Below are positions 1 through 8,468 of a DNA stretch of 64,000 nucleotides, one piece after another. The notes beneath the pieces are model-generated. The model was not told the DNA's origin. It worked only from the letters and a program-made list of their open reading frames with translations, and searched no databases. The translations under genes were made by a program, and so were the position numbers. The stretch is from Collinsella sp. (GTDB lineage: Bacteria > Actinomycetota > Coriobacteriia > Coriobacteriales > Coriobacteriaceae), in contig DXZZ01000002.1 of the NCBI GenBank assembly GCA_019419425.1, positions 5,526 to 69,525 of the forward strand, given 5' to 3'. Position 1 is the stretch's first letter; every line of letters starts with the position of its first letter.

Positions 1-788
1 GCGTCACCAAGCGTGGCGCTGTAGTTTCGGGTAAGGCTGATAAGGCTGATTTTGCCCCACGAGAGTGGGGCATGGTGCTGGAGTAGCTCACGCGTCTCGA
101 GAACGATTGTCTCTATGGGAGAGGTCTGATGTTGAGCGAGGCTAACGCGGGACCAATCCGGTGCAATAGCTAGGGGCGGGCAGGATTCTTCGTTCGCGGG
201 GGTTGGCAACATGTAGCGAGTGAAGCTGGACAGGTTGTGGAATGTGACGCTGCGGTTCTCCGTTGACAAGACGATGAGCTCGCACATCTTGTAACTGCTG
301 GGTTCGCTGTGCGGGAAATAGACGACACGCTCGATGAGTCCTTCGCGCATGAGAACCGTGCGCGCCTGCTCGGCTTTATCTATTAGACTTGCTGGCAGTA
401 ATACCGCTGCCCTGCTTCGACCGGAAAGCGCGAGCGCATAGAGGCACCAAACAAAGGGGTCCCAATCGCAAAAGCCTAAATAGCCCGGCTCCAGATCGTT
501 GATAAGGGCCTCGCATAAGCGAATTTCTTTGTCGTGAGTATTGCGGTGATAGCCCGTAGCGTCGATAAGCACCGGAGCGGGGCCGTCGACGTCGTCCCGC
601 TCTCCTGGTTCAAGTTCGCAAATGCTGGGAAAGACGCTTTTATTCATGAAGAGGCACGTATTGAGCAGGTCGGCATCGAGCGAATCGGGTAGTCGAACGA
701 CGCGCAAGCGACTGCCTTGTTCCAGATTGAGTGCGCGCGAAATGATGGCAGCGGTGAGGCGTGGCAAAGAGAACGCGGATTCGTACAT
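1..788 (-). CDS. N-terminal part (runs off window) of a degenerate N-6 DNA methylase / type I R-M M(-S)-like protein
   Basis: Not in the ORF track. My translation from ATG at 788 (RBS GAAAGGG) is open to the window edge: MYESAFSLPRL...GRSRAAVLLPASLIDKAEQARTVLMREGLIERVVYFP...CELIVLS...ATLGDA. This resembles the HsdM segment after motif IV, but no NPPF/Y motif is seen. Confidence 0.5.
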   Translation of the reverse strand, partial: MYESAFSLPRLTAAIISRALNLEQGSRLRVVRLPDSLDADLLNTCLFMNKSVFPSICELEPGERDDVDGPAPVLIDATGYHRNTHDKEIRLCEALINDLEPGYLGFCDWDPFVWCLYALALSGRSRAAVLLPASLIDKAEQARTVLMREGLIERVVYFPHSEPSSYKMCELIVLSTENRSVTFHNLSSFTRYMLPTPANEESCPPLAIAPDWSRVSLAQHQTSPIETIVLETRELLQHHAPLSWGKISLISLTRNYSATLGD

Positions 789-1075
789 ACGTATGCCCTT
801 TCTTCTTAGTGGGATATATGTTAACAGAATATTTCGAAAATTTCTAATGACGAGAACAGCACACTGTGCTATCCTCGAAGCAATCCAAACCAATTCAATA
901 CCAACTGTTTGATGCCACAGCTAGACAGCCTTTAGGCAAATCGCGCTATCGAGCAGAGTAATTTTACTTACGAAACCACAGGCTAGGCGACGTTTCTGGC
1001 CCACACGTCAAATCATTCTAAAACTTAGAACAAACTTACCGACAAACATCTGCAACCGGATAGGAAGAAGCATTC

Positions 1076-1993
1076 ATGAAGAGCGAAGACAGCATCTACG
1101 AGGCATTCCTCAACACACTCGACGAGGATCTCCGTAGTATGTGCGCAAAGAACGAGAAGGCAGAGAAGCCGTTTCCGTATCCGTACTGCGGTGAAGAGAA
1201 CGTTGAGCGCCTCGCTAAGGCACTTGTTGGCGTGCTGGAAAAGCACTCGCCCGATATTCCCGGGCTGGTGCCCGAGCAGTATCGAGACGATGTGCACGAG
1301 GCTCGCGAGCTTTTGGCCGCGGCGGCGCTCGCTTTGCTGTCGCTGTACTTTCCCCAGCGCGATAACTGTATGCGCTGCATGGCCATCTTAATTAGCCTGT
1401 TTCGGCACGGAAGCAATCCGCGCTTTAAATCGAGCGGCGTGCTCATGTTTGAGCAGGTTTCGACAGGTATGAAGTACTCGTCCGAAAAAGGGGGACGCAT
1501 TCCGTCTCGCTTTGTGCGAAGCATCGACTACAAAAGACCCAGCGACCACGTGCATCGCGATGGATCGCATGGATTTACGGCGGACGAAGACGATGCCGTC
1601 ATGTTTTTCGAACGTTACCGCGTGATTCAGCAACGCGTATTCGATGCGAGTTCGCGTTTCAACTTCGAGCTATGTGTCAAACGCCCGTTTGAGGCGCTTT
1701 CGGACAATCGGCAGAACTTTTATTACAGGGAGGAAAAGATGGAAACCGATTTGGCAACCAAGGTACAGAGGCTTCGGGACCGCTACACCCTCAACTACGC
1801 TCAGGCCAAGGGATACGACCTGCTCGACAAGCTGATGATCGAGTCGTTGCTTGCGTATCTGCGCGACGGGACGGTCTCAACCGTGGCGCGCGAGAGCTAT
1901 GTGGCGCAGGCCGAGCGACTGATTGACGGCGCGGTCAAGTTGCCATGCGCGACAAGCCCCAAGGAGGGCGAAGGCATCGGCCGTATTTCCTAG
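1076..1993 (+). CDS. hypothetical protein (305 aa)
   Basis: Long ORF with RBS (AGGAAG), co-oriented with the downstream virD4-like gene; no motif recognised. Confidence 0.75.
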   Translation: MKSEDSIYEAFLNTLDEDLRSMCAKNEKAEKPFPYPYCGEENVERLAKALVGVLEKHSPDIPGLVPEQYRDDVHEARELLAAAALALLSLYFPQRDNCMRCMAILISLFRHGSNPRFKSSGVLMFEQVSTGMKYSSEKGGRIPSRFVRSIDYKRPSDHVHRDGSHGFTADEDDAVMFFERYRVIQQRVFDASSRFNFELCVKRPFEALSDNRQNFYYREEKMETDLATKVQRLRDRYTLNYAQAKGYDLLDKLMIESLLAYLRDGTVSTVARESYVAQAERLIDGAVKLPCATSPKEGEGIGRIS

Positions 1994-2031
1994 CAACTAC
2001 GCAGAACCATCGACAAGAAAGGGGCCGTGAC

Positions 2032-3516
2032 ATGTCGGTCATTAAGATGTACGGCTACGAGGCCGCACAGCAAACGGAGTATCAAGCCAAGAAGTGGGCG
2101 ACCAAGGAGGAAATGCAGGCGCTGTCGTCCGGCGATGAGCAGCGCGATGTGATCTTGGCGCACGGTGCCACGGTTGCTTTTTACGAGGGCGATAAGCACT
2201 GGGAGACGAGCGTGTCCAACAACGTGTTTGTCTTTGGCGGAACCGGCAGCGGCAAAACGGCGAGTTTCGTTTTGCCCAACCTGCTCAATCACCACGAATG
2301 CTGTTATGTGGTCACAGACACCAAGGGTGAGCTGCTGCGCCGTACGGGGAAAGGCTTTGAAGAGGACGGCTACGAGGTAACGGTTCTCGATACTGTTAAT
2401 CCCGAGCGGTCGGCCGGATACGACCCTCTGCGTTACGTGATGGATGTCGAGGATATCCCCACCACAGTGGCGGCAATCATGGAGGGGGTCGATCCTGATG
2501 GGCGCAGCTTTAGGAACGACCCGTTTTGGGACAACGCGAGCGATCTGCTGCTCCGAGCGATTATTGGAATCCTGTTCCTTTTGGAGTGCCTTGCCGGCAC
2601 ATTTGCGCCGGGTGGGGATCCCACGGCTCCGCGCCGCTACCTTAAGATGAACAACGTCTTTAAGCTGGCCGCGCTCATCAAGGTCACGGGAGATGGCGAG
2701 GGCCGATTTCCGTTGGACTACCTTGTGGGGCAGGTGGAGTCCAAGGAATTTCTTGGCAGGTATGAGTCGGCGAACGCGGACCTGTATGGCGTTGAGCAGT
2801 ACCGCGATTTTCGCGGAGCAGCCGATAGGACGCTTAAGAGTATTCTGATCACACTCAATGCGACCATCTCGCGGCTTAAGACTCCCCAGCTCATGCGCGT
2901 CTATGAGAAAGATGAAATGCGTCTTGACCGTATCGACGAGGGCAAGCGCGTAATCGATCTTAAGGTGAGCGACAACGACTCGACCAATGCATGGCTTGCC
3001 AACGTTGCCCTTAAGCAGCTGTTTAACCTGGCCCAGCGCCGCGCCGACGCCAGCCCTAGTGGGCATTTGCAGCGCCGCGTGCAGTTTATTCTGGATGAGT
3101 TTCCCAACGTGGGCCGCATCCCCGATTTTGAGCGGAGTATTGCGACCGTGCGCAGCCGTGGCATGAGCTTTTTGATGTGCGCGCAGTCGTTGAGCCAGCT
3201 CGATGGTGTGTATGGCGAAACCACAGCTCATACCATCCTCGATAACTGCGACAGCTTGGTCTACATGGGCGGCGGCAGCAACATCGCGACGCAGAACTAC
3301 ATAAGCGAGCTGTGTGGCGAGTCGGTTTTGGGCACCAACTATGTGGGCGCCGAGCGCACTGCCGTCGATGTGCGCGGTTGCGTGATAACCCCGGGCGAGG
3401 TGGGGCTTATGCCGCGCGCCGATTGTCTGGTCAAAGTGACCGGCATGCGCCCCTTCCGTGCCAAGAAGTATTTTTGCGGCGACCATCCCAATGCGGCCAA
3501 GTGGCTGAGGGATTAG
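2032..3516 (+). CDS. VirD4/TraG-family type IV secretion coupling protein
   Basis: Walker A GGTGSGKT, VVTDTKGEL, DPFWDNAS, Walker B FILDEFPNVG, RSRGMSFLMCAQSLSQL..YG..TILDNC; ATG at 2032 after AGAAAGGGG. Confidence 0.9.
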   Translation: MSVIKMYGYEAAQQTEYQAKKWATKEEMQALSSGDEQRDVILAHGATVAFYEGDKHWETSVSNNVFVFGGTGSGKTASFVLPNLLNHHECCYVVTDTKGELLRRTGKGFEEDGYEVTVLDTVNPERSAGYDPLRYVMDVEDIPTTVAAIMEGVDPDGRSFRNDPFWDNASDLLLRAIIGILFLLECLAGTFAPGGDPTAPRRYLKMNNVFKLAALIKVTGDGEGRFPLDYLVGQVESKEFLGRYESANADLYGVEQYRDFRGAADRTLKSILITLNATISRLKTPQLMRVYEKDEMRLDRIDEGKRVIDLKVSDNDSTNAWLANVALKQLFNLAQRRADASPSGHLQRRVQFILDEFPNVGRIPDFERSIATVRSRGMSFLMCAQSLSQLDGVYGETTAHTILDNCDSLVYMGGGSNIATQNYISELCGESVLGTNYVGAERTAVDVRGCVITPGEVGLMPRADCLVKVTGMRPFRAKKYFCGDHPNAAKWLRD

Positions 3517-3630
3517 TCCTTGCAGCTTCGCGCGCTCAATCTTGCCTATTTGACCGCACGGCTTCCATTAGCCGTAAACCGTGCGGCCCCGTTTTGCCTC
3601 CTTACCGATTCCGTTTAGAAGGGAATTACC

Positions 3631-4233
3631 ATGTCCGTTATGTATCGTGAGCCTAGCATTATCAAGAAGTCCAAGGACGGTCGCGTTGCCGCCGTCGATA
3701 TGGCAAGTGAGCTGCTTAACAGCCGCGTGCTGCTGCTGGAAGGCGAGGTCAACGATGTGACCTGCAATGGCCTTATTAAGTCCATGCTGGTGTTGGAGCA
3801 TCAGAGCGCCACCGAGCCCATCACCCTCATCATCAACAGCCCGGGCGGTAGCGTTACGGCGGGGCTGGCGCTCATCGACACCATGCAGTCGCTCGACTGC
3901 CCCGTGATCACGGTGGGCGAGGGCGTCGTGGCCTCGATGGCCGCGGTGATCTTGGCCTGCGGCGACCACCGCCAGGTATACCGCCACACGCAAGTGCTCA
4001 TCCACCAGTTGATGGGCGGCACGGGCATGGCGCAGCAGACCGATATCGAGATCGTGGCCCAGCACACGGCGGCCATGCGCGCCGAGCTGGACGAGCTGCT
4101 GGCCGAGCATGGCAACCTGAGCGCCCAGGAGTTCCACAAGCTCACCGAGCGCGACTGCTGGTGCAACGCCAGGCGCGCTCTGGAGCTGGGTCTGGTGGAC
4201 GAGGTGATTGCCCCGAGTAAGAAGGCGCTCTAG
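3631..4233 (+). CDS. clpP: ClpP-family protease proteolytic subunit
   Basis: INSPGGSVTAGLA; catalytic Ser (VASMAA), His (LIHQ) and Asp (ERDCW); ALELGLVDEVI. Confidence 0.92.
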   Translation: MSVMYREPSIIKKSKDGRVAAVDMASELLNSRVLLLEGEVNDVTCNGLIKSMLVLEHQSATEPITLIINSPGGSVTAGLALIDTMQSLDCPVITVGEGVVASMAAVILACGDHRQVYRHTQVLIHQLMGGTGMAQQTDIEIVAQHTAAMRAELDELLAEHGNLSAQEFHKLTERDCWCNARRALELGLVDEVIAPSKKAL

Positions 4234-4307
4234 CGGGGCTCATGTCTTGTGGGCATATAGAGCGGGGCGAACGATCGCGTAGTTTAACGGCCAGAAAGAG
4301 GTTGAAC

Positions 4308-5102
4308 ATGAGCAGGATTTGGGATGTCGACGGCATTGAGTGGGAAGACCTGCCCACCGTGAGCGACCTGCTGTGCGCTGCGGACACAAAGATCCTGGCG
4401 CGCGAGGTTGCCCTGCGATACGGCGGCAAGCCGGACGGCCGCGGCCGTGTCGATAACGAGCGCAGCTTAAAGCGCGCCCGCCGCAAGGTCAAAAAGCTGC
4501 GCAAGGTTGACCCCGAGCCCAGCGACAAGATCGTCCTGTTGCCCAAGCATGTCATCAATCGTCGCGATGCGGGCCACGGCTTTGACTATTACGACGTAGA
4601 GCCATGCGCCTTTACGCGCGGTGGCGCGCAAAAGCTGGGAGAGGACGCGTGCGCTGAAGTGTATCCGTGGGACCTGTTCCTGCTCAACGAGGAGCCCGCA
4701 AGTGTCATTCTGGGCTATCGCGTATGGCTCGGCGGCGAATGGGACCTATGCGAACGTTATCGCTTTTTGGCTGTGGTGTGCGCCAGCGCGCTGCATCGCT
4801 TCCGCGAGCAAAAGGAGCTGTGCAAGTGTCTCAAGAAGGACGATGCAGCCTGCGATATGGACGAGGACGAGGCGATCGAAGGTGTCCGCCACGACGTGTT
4901 GTATCCCGAGGAAGTGATCAACGCAAAGCTCGGCGGCTATTGGGATACGAGCCTGGGGCTCAATCTGCCCTGGAAGGACGAGCATTTCGAGACCTGCGTA
5001 CGGATCGACAGGGCAATCGATGACCTGTTTGCCGAGGAGACGAAGCGCAATGCCGCGGAGCTTGGGGGGAAACTCGGGCAAGGATATGCGAAGCGTGGCT
5101 AG
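4308..5102 (+). CDS. hypothetical protein
   Basis: ORF with RBS GAAAGAGG before ATG 4308. Confidence 0.7.
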   Translation: MSRIWDVDGIEWEDLPTVSDLLCAADTKILAREVALRYGGKPDGRGRVDNERSLKRARRKVKKLRKVDPEPSDKIVLLPKHVINRRDAGHGFDYYDVEPCAFTRGGAQKLGEDACAEVYPWDLFLLNEEPASVILGYRVWLGGEWDLCERYRFLAVVCASALHRFREQKELCKCLKKDDAACDMDEDEAIEGVRHDVLYPEEVINAKLGGYWDTSLGLNLPWKDEHFETCVRIDRAIDDLFAEETKRNAAELGGKLGQGYAKRG

Positions 5103-5223
5103 GACGGATATTTGCTGTACAGATTACTTCCATGAATGAGCGAAGATAATTCGGCAAAAATCTGTCTGGACGGAATGATAGAACGATGGTGTTAAACGAT
5201 ATCTGTGCTTCAAGGAGTTAATA

Positions 5224-5679
5224 ATGGAAATCGCTTATAAGGATTTATTTCGTAAAAACTATCTTACTTATGTGCCCGGTCCAGCAGGTTTCTTCGCAAA
5301 AAAGTTCAAGGAAAGCGGATATAGCGAGGCTGAATTAATTGATTTGATTTTAGGAGTGGATTTCTCTCTCGCTGGAGCTGACGAGGATATTAGCCTGGAA
5401 AAGAAATGCGAAATAATCGAACGGGCGGTTGCAGATGCGCATTATACGAGTTGGGCCCTCGACCTGATTGGTCTGGTGATTTCTTTTTCCGCCGGCAAGT
5501 TTTCGTCTGCGTTGGCGGTCAGCAATCCAGTTCCAGCCGCGGTTTTCGTAGCGTTATTTCTGGCCGCCCTGGCAATATACGCTCGGTTTCGGATTTGCTT
5601 TGAACGAAATCGAACGGCACTGTTGTGTGCGCTGAGGCATATAAAGATGGTTCAAGCGAAGTTGAGCAAATCATCATGA
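5224..5679 (+). CDS. low-GC hypothetical membrane protein (2 predicted TM segments)
   Basis: RBS AAGGAG; hydrophobic stretches LIGLVISFS and AAVFVALFLAALAIYA. Confidence 0.7.
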   Translation: MEIAYKDLFRKNYLTYVPGPAGFFAKKFKESGYSEAELIDLILGVDFSLAGADEDISLEKKCEIIERAVADAHYTSWALDLIGLVISFSAGKFSSALAVSNPVPAAVFVALFLAALAIYARFRICFERNRTALLCALRHIKMVQAKLSKSS

Positions 5680-5759
5680 TTTTATTGCCTAATTGCAGCC
5701 ATAAGCTATGAAGCACTGGGATTGCTATGCCTTATTGCAGGGATGCTTTACTGATTGAG

Positions 5760-5798
5760 AAAAACGTGAAGCGACCGTGGTTGACGGTCGCTTCACGT
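5760..5798 (-). terminator. intrinsic terminator of the R-M operon (possibly bidirectional)
   Basis: Perfect 15-bp stem ACGTGAAGCGACCGT / ACGGTCGCTTCACGT with an adjacent A-run (U-tail on the minus strand). Confidence 0.8.
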
Positions 5799-5810
5799 AA
5801 ACAGGCATTT

Positions 5811-6962
5811 TTAAATCTTGCGTAACCTGATTTGGAAGTTCAGATTAAAGAAATAGTCATCATCGATTTTATACACATACCCATAGTCACCATGGTCTGG
5901 ATTTGTGCTGGGGAAATCAAGATAAGCCAAATTGTATAGGTAGTCTTTGAATTCGTCGGATTCAAGAGCGTAATGACAGGTTATTTTTCCAGTTTTTGAA
6001 ACATCGATGTAGCCACCATTGACGACGCCCTTGCCGTCCCAAAGCGTTGAGGCTGTCATTCTGCAATAAGTTGCGTATAGAAATGCCTTAAACATGTACT
6101 GGTATTTTAAGTGAGGACGGGAAATCTGGTGTGGATTAGCCTGGGCCAGCCTATTAACTGCGGCTGGAAGGTTGACGTCCTTGTTCCCATGGAAAAAATG
6201 ATCTCTTAGGATCCATTCGATCGCCTCGGGCAAAAGCGGATTAAGAAGCTCAAGATTGTCTCTAAAAGCTCGAACCTTTGCTTTTTTTGCGATGACATAG
6301 TCTTTAAATACAACGGAACTTGCCGTCTCAATGATTGCGTCGCATCGACTTTGGACCGCTGCGTGGTTTTTGCTGTCCACTAATGAATTGATGTGATTCA
6401 TGTCATCGTCATTGATGCCGTTAATTTGATAAATCAACCCCGAGGCTGATGCCGTGTTGAATAGGGGAGGGTCATTGCCAAAATACGATTTAATCGAGAA
6501 GCCGATGCGATCGCGCTTGAGGCCAGTGCGCGAATCAAGCGTTGTTAGATAAATGTCGTTTTTATCGCCGCTCCCGGCCTTCAACTTCAGGACTTCTGCC
6601 AGCTTCAGGAAGGTCACAGCTTCTTCAGATGCTGTGAAGGTGCTTTTCCCGTGCTGAATTTTATCCATAAGATCGTCAGCGGCGACAGTAAAATCGCTGG
6701 CGGCAACCTTGGCAACGGGAGAGCCGTTAACGTCGATGATTACATCCGTATTGTTTTCATCCATGCTATACGCGACGATGCGGTCTTTGGTTTCTTTCCT
6801 AATGACCCCTACAACTTCCATCCATACATCGGTGGCTTGCGTTGAAGTGTCATACGAAAGGGCGATCTTTCCGTCGCCGATAAGACGCATTGCGGTATAG
6901 AGCTCGCTCCATTCGCCTTTATTAGCTCGCCATTTATCTGCCTGTTTTTCATCGCGTGCCAT
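5811..6962 (-). CDS. HpaII-family type II restriction endonuclease
   Basis: N-terminal NKGEWSELY, GDKNDI...GFSIKS (PD-D/ExK-like), LFNTAS, WDG...NGGYI, LNFQIR, all typical of the RE_HpaII family; adjacent to an M.HpaII-like gene. Confidence 0.88.
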   Translation of the reverse strand: MARDEKQADKWRANKGEWSELYTAMRLIGDGKIALSYDTSTQATDVWMEVVGVIRKETKDRIVAYSMDENNTDVIIDVNGSPVAKVAASDFTVAADDLMDKIQHGKSTFTASEEAVTFLKLAEVLKLKAGSGDKNDIYLTTLDSRTGLKRDRIGFSIKSYFGNDPPLFNTASASGLIYQINGINDDDMNHINSLVDSKNHAAVQSRCDAIIETASSVVFKDYVIAKKAKVRAFRDNLELLNPLLPEAIEWILRDHFFHGNKDVNLPAAVNRLAQANPHQISRPHLKYQYMFKAFLYATYCRMTASTLWDGKGVVNGGYIDVSKTGKITCHYALESDEFKDYLYNLAYLDFPSTNPDHGDYGYVYKIDDDYFFNLNFQIRLRKI

Positions 6963-6973
6963 CTAGGACCTCC

Positions 6974-7963
6974 CTAATTTTTTTTTGCAATTTCAGCAAT
7001 GACGGGCACCGTTACCGAATTGCCAAATTGCTTATATAGCTGAGTGTCGCTCAGGACTAAATTGTATGAATCGGGAAAACCTTGAAGTCGTGCCCATTCA
7101 CGAGGGGTTAGCTTTCTAACGTCCTCTTTATTGATTGACCCCTTAATCCTGGTCACCGGGGTCATAGAATGCTCCCGGTGATCGACAATTAGATTGCGCT
7201 CGCGACCCATACCTCCGCAAACGATGGCTCCTGCGATGCCGTCTAGCTCACGAATTTCATAGCCAAACCCGTGCCCAAGTGCCTCATGTCTCGCTCTGTG
7301 CTTTCTGAGCGTTTCAAGGTAAACATCAGATAGATAGTACTTTGGGCTAATGGGGGCGTTTTCGAGGATGTCGCTGAGGGTGGCTTTGTGTTCAAGTCCA
7401 GATGGAAAGGTAAAGCTATCTGGAGCGACGTCGTCTCGAAAAGCAACAATATAAATTCGCTCTCTGTTTTGGGGAACGCCAAAATCCTTAGAGTTCAACA
7501 TCTTATAAAATGGGACGTATCCCTCTTCTTTTAGTGCGCCGAGAATAGTCTCAAATGTCCTGCCTTTATCGTGGATGGGGAGTCCCTTGACATTTTCGCA
7601 GAAGATAACGCTCGGTTTGTTTGCACGCTCGGTGCAAATGCGAAGCGTATCGAAGAACAAAGTTCCGCGGGCCCTGCCTTTGTAATCGTCAGCAAATCCC
7701 TTTCGTTTCCCCGCCAGACTAAAAGCTTGGCAGGGAAAGCCCGCCAAGCAAATGTCAAAATCGGGAACATCCGAAGCATCAATTTGTGTGATATCGCCTG
7801 CGATTTGAAAGGAGTCGATGAAATTTGCGCGATAGGTTTTACGTGCTGGTTCATCCAATTCGCTTGCGAAGATGGTTTTGATGTCAGAGCCAAAGGCCTC
7901 TTCGAATCCCATCCTGATTCCACCAATGCCAGCAAATAGATCAATGGCTCGATACGTTGCCAT
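6974..7963 (-). CDS. dcm: DNA (cytosine-5)-methyltransferase, M.HpaII-like (predicted CCGG)
   Basis: FAGIGG, GFPCQAFS, ENVKGL, VPQNRER, YKQFGNSV. Target-recognition region KYYLS..YLETLRKH..RHE..G.GFGYEI...AIV.GGMGRERNL closely resembles M.HpaII as I recall it. Confidence 0.93.
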   Translation of the reverse strand: MATYRAIDLFAGIGGIRMGFEEAFGSDIKTIFASELDEPARKTYRANFIDSFQIAGDITQIDASDVPDFDICLAGFPCQAFSLAGKRKGFADDYKGRARGTLFFDTLRICTERANKPSVIFCENVKGLPIHDKGRTFETILGALKEEGYVPFYKMLNSKDFGVPQNRERIYIVAFRDDVAPDSFTFPSGLEHKATLSDILENAPISPKYYLSDVYLETLRKHRARHEALGHGFGYEIRELDGIAGAIVCGGMGRERNLIVDHREHSMTPVTRIKGSINKEDVRKLTPREWARLQGFPDSYNLVLSDTQLYKQFGNSVTVPVIAEIAKKN

Positions 7964-8468
7964 ACCACTCCCGATAACAATGCGGTGTTGAAGCAGTTAG
8001 AAACCCGCAGATACCTTCTTTCGAATCAAACATTTTATTCTAGCTTGGATTGAGCCTGTCCTGCGTGCGGCAACTAGTCAAAAAGACTATAAAGCAATCT
8101 TGAGATAGGAAATTGAGGTTATTTTGAAGCTGTATGACAGGGCAAGAGCTGAAGATAATTAATGGAGGGCATGTTTGCGGGCCTGTATCGTGTGCACTGA
8201 CAGCGAATGAGACAAATAATAGTCAAGTGTGAATATGGCATAACTTGGGTTGTCGAATGCATCGGTGCAATGGCCGCATGCGTCGCGCACATGTCGTGTG
8301 TCTTGGACGGTCAGGTTGCTAGAGGCGAATTTGGGATTGTTAATTTCAAACAGGGGGAATGTTGTTTCGCAATTTGATTGACATTATTTATCTGTGCAAC
8401 ACTCTTTGACGGATTGTTCGGTCTTACGTGCTATGAGCTGCATGAATACTTAATGAGGCCTATATAAT

